Shown: one piece after another, positions 51,805 to 61,383 of the stretch
Position numbering within the stretch: the stretch's first letter is position 1
How the letters are laid out: every line of letters begins with the position of its first letter
Origin: Caulobacteraceae bacterium
GTDB taxonomy: Bacteria; Pseudomonadota; Alphaproteobacteria; Caulobacterales; Caulobacteraceae
DNA length: 64,000 nt
Assembly (NCBI GenBank): GCA_036491455.1
Contig: DASXBY010000042.1
Span: 4,987-68,986, forward strand
Direction of reading: 5' to 3'
Made by a program: the position numbers and the translations under genes
Notes under the pieces: generated by a model
Told to the model about the DNA's origin: nothing
The model's input: only the letters and a program-made list of their open reading frames with translations
The model's database searches: none

Positions 51805-53433
51805 ATGGCGAGTGTTGCGCGCGGAGGTCTCGGCCTCGGCCGAATGTTCCAGCGGAAATCGGTGGCGCAGATACAAAGCGAACTGAGCCACGGTGAACTC
51901 AAGCGCACGCTTGGCGCCGTTAACCTGGTTCTTCTTGGCATCGGCTGCATCATCGGCACCGGCATTTTCGTGCTGACCGGGCGTGCCGCCGCGCAATATG
52001 CGGGCCCCGGGATCATGATCTCGTTCATCATCACCGGCGTGCTCTGCGCGCTCGTGGCGCTGTGTTACGCCGAGCTCGCCTCGGCTCTGCCGGTGTCGGG
52101 ATCAGCCTATTCCTACGCCTACGCCTCAATGGGCGAAGTGGTCGCCTGGATCATGGGCGTGTTGATGTTGCTTGAATACGGCCTGGCGGCCAGCGTCGTC
52201 GCCCTCGGCTGGTCAGGCTACTTCGTGAGCCTGATGCAGGACATTCATCACCTTATTCCGGCTATCCCAACTATCCCACCGGAGTTCACGGTTGCCCCTG
52301 GCCAGGCCGCGGTCGGCGCTGGAGGGGCGATGATCGCCGGCGTCGGAGTCGTGAACCTGCCCGCTATCTTTATCGTCATTCTGGTGACGAGCCTCCTCTG
52401 CGTCGGGGTCTCGGAATCGGCGACCGTCAACAACATCATCGTCGCCATCAAGCTCACCGTCGTCATCGCCTTCATCGGCATCGGCTCGATGTATGTGCAC
52501 CCGAGCTTGTGGTCGCCCCTGGTTCCGGCCGAGACGCCCGCTCCGCCGCCTGGGACGCCGATGGACATGTACCATCAGATAACCCGGGCCTTGGGGGCGG
52601 TCCTCACAGGGAGCGCCCAGTCGAGATATGGCATCAGCGGCGTCATACAGGGCGCCGCCGTCATCTTCTTCGCCTATTTGGGGTTCGAAGCCGTTTCCAC
52701 AGCCGGCACGGAATCGCGCAATCCTGCCCGGGACATGCCGATCGGCATTCTGGGCGCGCTCGGCATCTGCACAGTCCTCTATATCGCCACGTCGGCCGTG
52801 TTGGTGGGAATCGTACCCTATGCGTCGCTGGACAATCCGGCCCCCATCGCCACGGCGGTCAATCGCCTCGGCCTGCCTTGGTTCGCAGGCCTTGTGAAAA
52901 TTGGAGCTTTAGCGGGGCTGACGAGCGTGATCCTCGTCCTGCTCTATGGCCAGACACGCGTCTTTTACACCATGTCTCGCGACGGCCTCCTTCCCTCGCA
53001 ACTCGCGGCTGTGCACAAGAAGTTCAAGACGCCTTGGATCAACACCATCATCGTCGGTATCGCCGCCTGCATCGCGGCCGGATTTATGTCGCTGGACGTG
53101 CTCTCGGAGGTCACGAACGTCGGCTCCCTGGCCGCCTTCACCATCGTTTGCGTGACGGTGATCTACCTGCGGTTTTCTGCCCCTGGCCTCGAGCGCCCGT
53201 TCAAGACGCCGCTGTTCCCGGTGACTCCCATCCTGGGCGCCCTGATGTGCCTTGTGTTGTTCCTCAGCCTTTGGAGTCACAAGGCGACACGCGATTTCTT
53301 CATTGTCTATCTGGCGGTCGGGATCGCATTCTATTTCGCCTTCGGCATCTGGAACTCGAAACTTCGCAAGGGTCAGGTCGTCACCGGCCACGAAGCCGCG
53401 CCGATGGAGCTGCCGCACGCCGGGCCAGATTAG
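51805..53433 (+). CDS. APC-family amino acid permease
   Basis: GCIIGTGIF, CYAELAS, SGSAYSY, FFAYLGFE, MSRDGLLP. Confidence 0.94.
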   Translation: MASVARGGLGLGRMFQRKSVAQIQSELSHGELKRTLGAVNLVLLGIGCIIGTGIFVLTGRAAAQYAGPGIMISFIITGVLCALVALCYAELASALPVSGSAYSYAYASMGEVVAWIMGVLMLLEYGLAASVVALGWSGYFVSLMQDIHHLIPAIPTIPPEFTVAPGQAAVGAGGAMIAGVGVVNLPAIFIVILVTSLLCVGVSESATVNNIIVAIKLTVVIAFIGIGSMYVHPSLWSPLVPAETPAPPPGTPMDMYHQITRALGAVLTGSAQSRYGISGVIQGAAVIFFAYLGFEAVSTAGTESRNPARDMPIGILGALGICTVLYIATSAVLVGIVPYASLDNPAPIATAVNRLGLPWFAGLVKIGALAGLTSVILVLLYGQTRVFYTMSRDGLLPSQLAAVHKKFKTPWINTIIVGIAACIAAGFMSLDVLSEVTNVGSLAAFTIVCVTVIYLRFSAPGLERPFKTPLFPVTPILGALMCLVLFLSLWSHKATRDFFIVYLAVGIAFYFAFGIWNSKLRKGQVVTGHEAAPMELPHAGPD

Positions 53434-53446
53434 ATTTGGCGGCGTA

Positions 53447-54211
53447 CTAGACCTGGAACTGCTCGGCCAGCATCCTCTCCTCGAGGCTGCGCCCGGCGTC
53501 GAACAGGACTGAAAGGCTGATCGAGCGATCCTCGGTGACGTCCACGCGGATGACGTCGCGGACCTCGACATTGTCGGCCACCGCGCTGACGGGCCGTTTG
53601 TCGCTTTCCAAGATCTCGAACGTCACCTGGGCCTTGTGCGAGATCAGAGCGCCGCGCCAGCGTCTTGGGCGGAAGGCGCTGATCGGGGTCACGGCAAGGA
53701 CATGGGCGTCGATAGGGATGATCGGGCCGTGGGCGGACAGATTGTAGGCGGTCGATCCCGCCGGCGTAGAAACCAAAACGCCGTCGCAGATTAGTTCCTC
53801 CAGCCGGGGCTTGCCGTCGATGAGGACCCGAAGCTTGGCCGTTTGGCGCGTCTCGCGCAGAAGGCTGACATCATTGATGGCCAGGGCCTTGTGCGTCCGG
53901 CCTGCGGAGTCGGCGGCTATCATGTCTAATGGGTGGATGACCGCCTCTTCGGCGGCCGCGATCCTGGCCAGCAGGTCGTCTTCGCGATAGTCGTTCATCA
54001 GGAATCCGACCGAGCCTCGGTTCATGCCGTAGATCGGCCGGCGAGCCGCCAGATTGCCGTGCAGGACCTCGAGCATGAAACCATCGCCGCCCAGCGCGAC
54101 GATAACGTCGGCCTCGCCAATCTCACTTTCGCCATAGCGTCCGACCAGCCGGGAACGAGCCTCCCTGGCCTCGGGCCTGTCACTGGCGATGAAGGCGAGT
54201 TTGGCTGGCAT
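53447..54211 (-). CDS. nadK: NAD kinase
   Basis: [41 protein letters not shown]. Confidence 0.96.
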   Translation of the reverse strand: MPAKLAFIASDRPEAREARSRLVGRYGESEIGEADVIVALGGDGFMLEVLHGNLAARRPIYGMNRGSVGFLMNDYREDDLLARIAAAEEAVIHPLDMIAADSAGRTHKALAINDVSLLRETRQTAKLRVLIDGKPRLEELICDGVLVSTPAGSTAYNLSAHGPIIPIDAHVLAVTPISAFRPRRWRGALISHKAQVTFEILESDKRPVSAVADNVEVRDVIRVDVTEDRSISLSVLFDAGRSLEERMLAEQFQV

Positions 54212-54258
54212 CGAGGCCGGCGACCTCACCCGCTCACGCTCAGGTTGTCAAACAGAGG

Positions 54259-54438
54259 CTATTCTTCGGGCCCGGCATCGACCTCACCGGGCGGCGGACG
54301 AGGATCCTCGTCGCCGACATAGGGTCGCCCCACCGCCTCGGCCCAGGCGCGCCTGTGGGCGGCGTAGGCCTGCTGGCGTCGCTTCGCCGTCGCCGCGGAC
54401 ATCGGCTCGGCTTTGCGATGGGGGGCGGAACGGCTCAT
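54259..54438 (-). CDS. Possible small hypothetical protein (59 aa)
   Basis: ORF with GCTAGAGT -10-like element 6 nt before the ATG; no recognised family. Confidence 0.35.
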   Translation of the reverse strand: MSRSAPHRKAEPMSAATAKRRQQAYAAHRRAWAEAVGRPYVGDEDPRPPPGEVDAGPEE

Positions 54439-54710
54439 CACCTCACTCTAGCACGCGCGGCGGCTCACGCTGGCGCAGCAAGTAGGGTGGGAGAGTGGTC
54501 ATCGCAACCTAGCCCTGACGTGGGCGCCGGCTGGCGACGACCAGAGGCCGCGGCGCTATCGGTGGCTAGTCCCGGTGGCCAGCTGGACCCGGCCGGTCGC
54601 CACACTTTTCATGATCGTCGCCACGAGACTGGAGGGGCGCATCGCGCGCCAATGCGTTAAGATGGGCGCCGGGACCTCGTTTGTCGCGGGCGGGGACCGA
54701 GGAGAATTCA

Positions 54711-55064
54711 ATGTCGAAATTCACTCTCGTCATCGCGTTGGGCGCTGTGCTTGCGGCGCCGCTCGCTTGGGCTCAGAAGAGTCCGGTCGCGACGCCGCCG
54801 CCCGGCGAGCCGGCGGCCAATCCCATCCCCAGCCTTTCCAACGACCGCACCACGGTGATGGTCACGCCCGATCCATCGGCCACTTCCATGGCCGATCCGC
54901 AGTCCGCCGCTGAACATGGCTCTCCAACAGCGGTGGATTCGCCAAGCTCGCCCATGCCAAATCCAAACGGCTGGCCAACTCCCAAGCCGAACGCAAAACG
55001 TCCGAAATGGGTGAAGAAGGCTCCGGCCAGCGTAAAGCCGCCGCCCTCGCCCAATCCGCAATGA
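54711..55064 (+). CDS. Secreted proline-rich hypothetical protein
   Basis: GAGGAG RBS, signal peptide MSKFTLVIALGAVLAAPLAWA, low-complexity Pro/Ser mature part. Confidence 0.75.
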   Translation: MSKFTLVIALGAVLAAPLAWAQKSPVATPPPGEPAANPIPSLSNDRTTVMVTPDPSATSMADPQSAAEHGSPTAVDSPSSPMPNPNGWPTPKPNAKRPKWVKKAPASVKPPPSPNPQ

Positions 55065-55141
55065 TCGCAGTTCTTGACGGGGCGCCAGTCAGGCGCGAGT
55101 CTTGAAATCAAACTCGGCAGAAAGATTGAAGGAACGCCGCC

Positions 55142-55912
55142 ATGGCCGACGGATCACTGGTCAGCACTGTATCCCTCAAGGGCAAGGTCTCGGACGACGA
55201 GTGGAAGGCGCGGGTGGAACTGGCCGCCCTGTACCGCCTTGTGGCCCTGAATGGCTGGGATGATCTCGTCTACACCCACATCTCGGCCCGAATTCCAGGA
55301 CCCGAGCACCACTTCCTGATCAATCCTTATGGCCTCTATTTCGACGAGATCACCGCCTCATCCCTGGTCAAAATCGACGTCGACGGCGCTATCCTCCAGG
55401 AGACCGATTACTTCATCAATCCGGCCGGCTTCACGATCCATTCGGCCGTCCACACGTCGCGCGACGACGCCCATTTCGTAATGCACCTACACACCGACCA
55501 GGGGGTCGCCGTCTCCGCCCAGAAGGAGGGCCTGCTGCCGCTGAGCCAGCACGCCCTGATCATTTTGCCGAACGTCGCCTATCACGACTATGAGGGCATC
55601 GCCCTCAATCACGACGAGCGTTCGCGCCTCGTGGACGACCTTGGCGACAAGACCACGATGATCCTGCGCAACCATGGAACGCTCGCCGTTGGTCGCACCG
55701 CCGCCGAATGCTGGATCAACATGTATTATCTGGAAAAGGCCTGCCTTCAGCAGGTCCTTGCGCTGGGCGGCGGGCGCAGTGGACTTTTGGTCGCCCCCGA
55801 AGCGGCTCAGGAAGAGGTGAAAAACCAGATCCGCATGGGAATCGGTGGTGGCCTCGCCTGGCCGGGCGCCCTGCGCCGCCTGGATCGGCTCAACCCCGGC
55901 TACGACGCCTGA
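55142..55912 (+). CDS. Class II aldolase/adducin family protein
   Basis: YTHISAR, FLINPYG, GFTIHSAVH, MHLHT, LRNHG. Confidence 0.93.
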   Translation: MADGSLVSTVSLKGKVSDDEWKARVELAALYRLVALNGWDDLVYTHISARIPGPEHHFLINPYGLYFDEITASSLVKIDVDGAILQETDYFINPAGFTIHSAVHTSRDDAHFVMHLHTDQGVAVSAQKEGLLPLSQHALIILPNVAYHDYEGIALNHDERSRLVDDLGDKTTMILRNHGTLAVGRTAAECWINMYYLEKACLQQVLALGGGRSGLLVAPEAAQEEVKNQIRMGIGGGLAWPGALRRLDRLNPGYDA

Positions 55913-56988
55913 GCAGCTTCGAACAAGTCCGGTTGATTGTCGGGGCCGGGCCGGCGGAATTGGCTCACATCAAGAGGCGGTAGGGTCCGGTCGAGGCCAA
56001 AGCGGCGCCGTGCGATAGCGAATCTCTGCCCAAGCATCTGGGCGATCGGCCCTTCGCCTTTCATCCGGCGGCCCCATTCGGGATCGTAGTCGCGCCCGCC
56101 GCGCATCTGGCGGACCAGAGACATCACCTTGGCCGCGCGGTCAGGAAAATCTGTCTCCAGCCATTCGCGGAACAGATCCTTGATCTCTCGCGGAAGCCTG
56201 AGCACCACATAACCAGCCGAAACCGCGCCGGCGGCGGCCGCGCTTTCCATGACGGCTTCCATTTCATGATCATTGAGACCTGGGATCACCGGTGCGAACA
56301 TGACGCTGATCGGAGTCCCTTCGGCGGCCAGCGCGGTCACCGCGTTGAGCCGACGGGTCGGCGTCGCAGCCCTGGGCTCCATGGCCCGAGCCAGCTTGCG
56401 GTCGAGCGTAGTGATCGAGACCGCCGCCCGGGACAGGTTTCGCTTGCCCATCCGGCCGATAAGTTCGGCGTCGCGCATGATGAGAGCCGACTTGGTGATG
56501 ATCGAGAACGGATGTGAGGCGCGCTCCAGGACCTCGATGATCTGGCGCGTGACGGCCAGGCGACGCTCGCTCGGCTGATAGGGATCGGTGTTGCCGCCGA
56601 TATGGATCGAGCCAACCCGGTAGCCGGGCCTCGCCAATTCGCGCCGCAGCAGTCTGGCGGCGTCGGCCTTGAAGAAGAGACGGCTCTCAAAATCGAGTCC
56701 TGGAGAAAGGCCGACGTAGGCATGGGCCGGCCGGGCGTAGCAATAGATGCAGCCGTGCTCGCAGCCTCGGTACGGGTTGATCGACCGGTCGAAGCCTATG
56801 TCAGGGCTGTCATTGCGCGCGATGATCGTCTTCGCGCGCTCGGCGGTGAGGCTCGTACGTAGAGGGGGAGGGCTTTCGTCGGTCTCGTCCCACCCGTCGT
56901 CAAAGGCCTCTTGCGCGAGCGCTTCAAAGCGACCGCTCAGATTGCTCCGAGCGCCTCGGCCGCGGGCCTGATGGAGAGGAGGTGACAC
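55900..56988 (-). CDS. PA0069/Rv2578c-family radical SAM protein (SplB-like)
   Basis: INPYRGCEHGCIYCYAR (CxxxCxxC), NTDPYQP, ITKS, MEPRAATP; C-terminal QPDLF clamp-like motif. Confidence 0.92.
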   Translation of the reverse strand: MSPPLHQARGRGARSNLSGRFEALAQEAFDDGWDETDESPPPLRTSLTAERAKTIIARNDSPDIGFDRSINPYRGCEHGCIYCYARPAHAYVGLSPGLDFESRLFFKADAARLLRRELARPGYRVGSIHIGGNTDPYQPSERRLAVTRQIIEVLERASHPFSIITKSALIMRDAELIGRMGKRNLSRAAVSITTLDRKLARAMEPRAATPTRRLNAVTALAAEGTPISVMFAPVIPGLNDHEMEAVMESAAAAGAVSAGYVVLRLPREIKDLFREWLETDFPDRAAKVMSLVRQMRGGRDYDPEWGRRMKGEGPIAQMLGQRFAIARRRFGLDRTLPPLDVSQFRRPGPDNQPDLFEAAQAS

Positions 56989-57012
56989 GCGACAAAACTA
57001 ATATTGGCACCA

Positions 57013-57027
57013 GAACAAAGCAAGAAC
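57013..57027. promoter_or_regulatory. LexA (SOS) box upstream of the radical SAM gene
   Basis: GAAC-AAAGCAA-GAAC, an exact alphaproteobacterial GTTC-N7-GTTC box on the coding (minus) strand. Confidence 0.8.
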
Positions 57028-57039
57028 TACATTCGCCCT

Positions 57040-57819
57040 TCAATCGGGTCGCGCGCCGCGATCAAGCCGTTCTGCAAGCATCAGGAGATCCTTCCAGGCT
57101 TTCTTCTTGGCCGCCGGCTGGCGAAGGAGAAAGGCAGGGTGGAGCGTCGGCAGAGCGGGGATTTCGAGGTCGACATGGCGCGCGCGCCACTCGAACCAGC
57201 GTCCACGCAGCGACAGGATGCCGTCCTTCTGGTCAAGCATCGACCTGGCCGCCGCGGCGCCCACAAGCAGCAACAGCTTCGGCCGGACAAGATCGATGGC
57301 CCGCTCGAGGAATGGGCGGCAGGCCAACTGTTCTTCTGGCGTAGGGGTCCGGTTGCCGGGCGGTCGCCAGAACACGGTATTGGTGATCAGGACGCGCTCT
57401 GTGAGCCCCGCCGCAGCCAGCATTCGGTCGAGGAGCTGGCCCGCCCGTCCGACGAATGGCGCCCCCTGACGATCTTCGTCTGCACCCGGCGCCTCGCCCA
57501 CGATCATGACCGGCGCCGTCACCTCGCCGCGCCAGCATACTGCCTGGCGCGCGCCCTGACCCTTCAACGCACAGCCGTCAAAGGCCGCGATTGCGGCCGC
57601 CAAGGCCTCGAGATCGCCAGCCGCCCAGGCGAGATCCTTACCCGGGCCGGAATTTGCCGGCGCCTTGACGATCTCCGTGGGACTTGCCTTGCGCGCCGCC
57701 GGACGGGCGGCCTCGGCCATGCGGTCGCGAGCGGCTTCCTCGTAGAGCGTATCAACGCCTGTCTCGCTCCAGAAGGCGAGGAGGCTCTCGGCGGCGCGGT
57801 GATCGAGGGTCATTGTCAT
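57040..57819 (-). CDS. Uracil-DNA glycosylase (family 4-like)
   Basis: VGEAPGADED, FVGRAGQLL, WRPPGNRTP, LHPAFLLR. Confidence 0.93.
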   Translation of the reverse strand: MTMTLDHRAAESLLAFWSETGVDTLYEEAARDRMAEAARPAARKASPTEIVKAPANSGPGKDLAWAAGDLEALAAAIAAFDGCALKGQGARQAVCWRGEVTAPVMIVGEAPGADEDRQGAPFVGRAGQLLDRMLAAAGLTERVLITNTVFWRPPGNRTPTPEEQLACRPFLERAIDLVRPKLLLLVGAAAARSMLDQKDGILSLRGRWFEWRARHVDLEIPALPTLHPAFLLRQPAAKKKAWKDLLMLAERLDRGARPD

Positions 57820-57923
57820 CAGCCTATACCGGCCTGCGACCGCAAGGGAGCGGTGCCCGCGTTTGTTCTTGACCGTTCAAGCCGGCGCTTCGAATAAGGT
57901 CTCAAGGGCAAGTAACAAAGGCA

Positions 57924-59630
57924 ATGTCCATGAGCGAAGACGCCGCCCCGACGCGTGACGCGACCGAACCTGAGCGCGAAGCGATGGAATATGACGTGGT
58001 GATCGTCGGCGCGGGACCTGCGGGCCTTTCCGCCGCCATTCGGCTCAAACAGGTCGCCGCCGCCGCGGGAGCAGAGGTTTCAGTTGCGGTCGTGGAGAAG
58101 GGGTCTGAGGTCGGCGCCCATATCCTGTCGGGGGCGGTCATCGATCCCAAGGCGCTCAACGAGCTCATTCCGGACTGGAAGGAAAAGGGCGCGCCGCTGG
58201 AAACGCCGGTGAGCCAAGATCGCTACCTGGCCCTGGGGCCCCAAGGTGAGATGAGCGTCCCGATGTGGCCGATGCCACGCTTCATGCACAACCACGGCTA
58301 CTACATCGCCTCCCTCGGCAATCTCTGCCGTTGGCTAGCCGGCCAGGCTGAAGCCCTGGGCGTCGAGATCTATCCGGGCATGGCGGCTTCGGACATCGTC
58401 TTGGCCGAGGGCGGAGCGGTTAAGGGCGTGGTCGCTGGCGTGTTCGGCGTCGGACGCGATGGCCATCACAAGCCGGACTTTCAGCCGGGGCTGGAACTGC
58501 ACGCCAAATACACGCTGATAGCCGAGGGCGCACGCGGATCGCTCGCCAAGCAATTGCAAGCCCGCTTCGGACTCGCCGAAGGCCGGGAACCGCAAAAGTA
58601 CGGCATCGGGCTCAAGGAACTCTGGCAGGTTCCAGAGAAGAATTTCTTTCCCGGACTCGTGCAGCACACCGTGGGTTGGCCTTTGGATTCAAAGACTGGT
58701 GGCGGAAGTTTCATGTATCACTTTGGCGATCGATATGTCGCCATGGGCTTTGTGGTTCACCTGAACTACGCCAACCCATGGATCTCGCCTTTCGACGAAT
58801 TCCAGCGCCTCAAGCATCATCCCTCGGTCCGCCGCTACCTCGAAGGCGGCCGCCGCATCGCCTATGGCGCGCGGGCGATCACCGAAGGCGGCTTTCAGTC
58901 GGTGCCAGCCCTCGCTTTCCCCGGAGGCGCTCTCGTCGGCTGCGCCGCCGGCTTCGTGAATCTTCCCAGGATCAAGGGCAGTCACAACGCGATGAAGACC
59001 GGCATGCTGGCGGCCGAAGCCGCCTTCGCCGCTATCAAAGCCGGCCGTTCCGGCGACGCACTCACCGAATATCAGGATGCCTACGAAACATCATGGGTGC
59101 GCCAGGAACTCTACCTCGTGCGCAACGCCAAACCCCTGTGGTCCAGACTGGGCACCTGGCTTGGCAGCGCGATGATCGTCTTTGATCTCAATATCACCAA
59201 TCTTTTCAGGGGGTTCTCGTTCTTCGGCACCCTCAAACATGGCAAGACTGACGCAGCCGCCACCGGGCACGCCAAGGACTTCAAGCCCATCGTCTATCCC
59301 AAACCTGACGGCGTGATCAGCTTTGACAAGCTCTCCAGCGTCTTCCTCTCGTCAACAAATCACGAGGAGGACCAGCCGGTTCACCTGCGGCTCAAGGACC
59401 CTGAGGCGCCGATCCGGGTCAACCTTCCCCTCTACGGAGAACCTGCACGGCTCTATTGTCCCGCGGGCGTTTACGAGGTCCTCTATGACGAGGACGGACA
59501 ACATCCTAAGTTTCAGATCAACGCGCAGAACTGCGTCCATTGCAAAACCTGCGACATCAAGGACCCCAGCCAGAATATCGTGTGGACCACACCGGAGGGA
59601 GGCGGTGGACCCAACTATCCCAACATGTGA
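57924..59630 (+). CDS. Electron transfer flavoprotein-ubiquinone oxidoreductase
   Basis: GAGPAGL FAD site, GAHILSG, IKGSHNAMKTG, CPAGVYE, NCVHCKTCDIKDP. Confidence 0.97.
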   Translation: MSMSEDAAPTRDATEPEREAMEYDVVIVGAGPAGLSAAIRLKQVAAAAGAEVSVAVVEKGSEVGAHILSGAVIDPKALNELIPDWKEKGAPLETPVSQDRYLALGPQGEMSVPMWPMPRFMHNHGYYIASLGNLCRWLAGQAEALGVEIYPGMAASDIVLAEGGAVKGVVAGVFGVGRDGHHKPDFQPGLELHAKYTLIAEGARGSLAKQLQARFGLAEGREPQKYGIGLKELWQVPEKNFFPGLVQHTVGWPLDSKTGGGSFMYHFGDRYVAMGFVVHLNYANPWISPFDEFQRLKHHPSVRRYLEGGRRIAYGARAITEGGFQSVPALAFPGGALVGCAAGFVNLPRIKGSHNAMKTGMLAAEAAFAAIKAGRSGDALTEYQDAYETSWVRQELYLVRNAKPLWSRLGTWLGSAMIVFDLNITNLFRGFSFFGTLKHGKTDAAATGHAKDFKPIVYPKPDGVISFDKLSSVFLSSTNHEEDQPVHLRLKDPEAPIRVNLPLYGEPARLYCPAGVYEVLYDEDGQHPKFQINAQNCVHCKTCDIKDPSQNIVWTTPEGGGGPNYPNM

Positions 59631-59676
59631 GGCGCCCCCACCGCGCCACAATCCGGAAGCCAACTAGCGCCAGATC

Positions 59677-61383
59677 ATGACCATCGCCCTCCGCCTCGCA
59701 TCGTTCGCCAGCCTCCTGGCCTTGACCGCCTGCGCCACGGAAACAGGATCGACGCCCATCACCTCGGAGATACCGTCTTCGATTTCGGGACAGTCGGCTT
59801 ACGGCCTGTTTCTTGCCGGCCAGGCGGCGATCGATCAGGGTCAAGGCGGCGACGCGGCTGACTATTTCGCCAAGGCTGAAGGCGCCGCCGATGGCGAGGA
59901 CGCAGAACTCGTCCAGACCCATGTCTTCACCGCTGCTCTGTTGGCTGGCGATGTCAAGCAGGCCGCACAGATTGCTCCGATAAAGGACTCCGACGCCTCG
60001 ATCCGTCACCTGGCTGCGCTCACCGTCGCGGTCGAAGACATGTCTACCGGCCAGGCGGCGAAGGCCCGGGCTATGCTGGGCAGCGTTGGCGCGCCCTACA
60101 ACATCGCGGCCGCCCTCATGACGCCTCTGGCGTCGGCCGAGGCCGGCGACAACGAAGCGGCGATCGCGTTGCCGGTCGTCGAAGGCGACCCAGTCGGCGC
60201 GTTCTTCGCCAACCTGGACCAGGGACTCATCTTCGAACGCCTGGGCCGCTACGACGAGGCGGAAACCGCGCTCCGGTCCCTGATCCAGCGTGGCGATCCA
60301 GGCCAGATCGCGAGCCTCGATCTGGGCGCCCTGCTTGAACGACGCGGAAAGCGTGCGGACGCCGTGGCAATCTACGACCAAGCCCTCGCACACTTGCCGG
60401 GCGATACGACTCTCCTAACCAGCCGAGCGCGCGCCGCCTCCGGACATGGAGCGCCGCCGCTTGCGTCCTATCGCGCGACCGCCGCCGAGGCCCTGACAGC
60501 GTCGGCTTCCGTGCTCGTCGCACACAGGGAAGACGAGGGGGCACTGGCCTATCTGCGGCTCGCTCTCCGTCTCGACCCTGACCGCGCTTCAGCCTGGTTG
60601 CTGGTGGGGGATATCCTCTCGGACGTGGGCGACAAAGCGGATGCGCGGACCGCCTATCAGGCGCCCAAGCCCGGCGAGGCAGCGTACATCTCCGCGCGCG
60701 ACAAGCTCGCCTGGTCCTATCAGGGTGACGGCCAAAAGGATCAGGCGCTGCAACTCGCCCGTTCGACTCTCGACGCCAACCCGGACAGCAAGGAGGCGGC
60801 GACGAACCTGGCCGACCTGCTGCGCGCGGACGAGCGCTATGACGAGTCCGCTACTGTGCTCAATCGGGTGATCGCTGGCGAAGGCGACACGCCGGACTGG
60901 CGACTCCTTTACATGCGCGCAGTCGACTACCAGGAAAGCAATCGTTGGCCGCAAGCCGAACGCGATCTCACTCTGGCGTTGAAGGAAGAGCCCGGAGAGC
61001 CTGAACTCCTGAACTTCCTTGGCTATTCCTGGATCGACCGCGGCGAAAAGCTGCACGAAGCGGTGGCCATGGTTCAGAAGGCGGTCGACACCAATCCGAG
61101 GTCTGGGGCGATGATCGACTCTCTCGGCTGGGGCTACTATCGCTTGGGCGATTACAAGACGGCGGTCGACAAGCTTGAACAAGCGGTGGCGATCGAAGCC
61201 GGAGATCCCGACGTCAACAATCACCTCGGCGACGCCTATTGGCGCGTGGGCCGGCGGATCGAGGCGAGATATCAATGGAGCCGCGTGCTGACTCTCGAAC
61301 CGGACGTCAAACTCAGGACCGAGGTGGAGGCGAAGCTGAAGAACGGTCTGGGGCCGATCAATATGCCGTCGAGCGGATCCTGA
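59677..61383 (+). CDS. TPR-repeat lipoprotein
   Basis: Lipobox LTAC; LNFLGYSW, DSLGWGYY and HLGDAYW TPRs; ETF-QO/TPR/ispE synteny. Confidence 0.9.
   Translation: MTIALRLASFASLLALTACATETGSTPITSEIPSSISGQSAYGLFLAGQAAIDQGQGGDAADYFAKAEGAADGEDAELVQTHVFTAALLAGDVKQAAQIAPIKDSDASIRHLAALTVAVEDMSTGQAAKARAMLGSVGAPYNIAAALMTPLASAEAGDNEAAIALPVVEGDPVGAFFANLDQGLIFERLGRYDEAETALRSLIQRGDPGQIASLDLGALLERRGKRADAVAIYDQALAHLPGDTTLLTSRARAASGHGAPPLASYRATAAEALTASASVLVAHREDEGALAYLRLALRLDPDRASAWLLVGDILSDVGDKADARTAYQAPKPGEAAYISARDKLAWSYQGDGQKDQALQLARSTLDANPDSKEAATNLADLLRADERYDESATVLNRVIAGEGDTPDWRLLYMRAVDYQESNRWPQAERDLTLALKEEPGEPELLNFLGYSWIDRGEKLHEAVAMVQKAVDTNPRSGAMIDSLGWGYYRLGDYKTAVDKLEQAVAIEAGDPDVNNHLGDAYWRVGRRIEARYQWSRVLTLEPDVKLRTEVEAKLKNGLGPINMPSSGS

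Noticed and set aside
57865-57878. GTTC-TTGACC-GTTC as a LexA box upstream of the UDG
   Set aside because: The spacer is 6 nt rather than 7; TTGACC is more likely the -35 of the ETF-QO gene.
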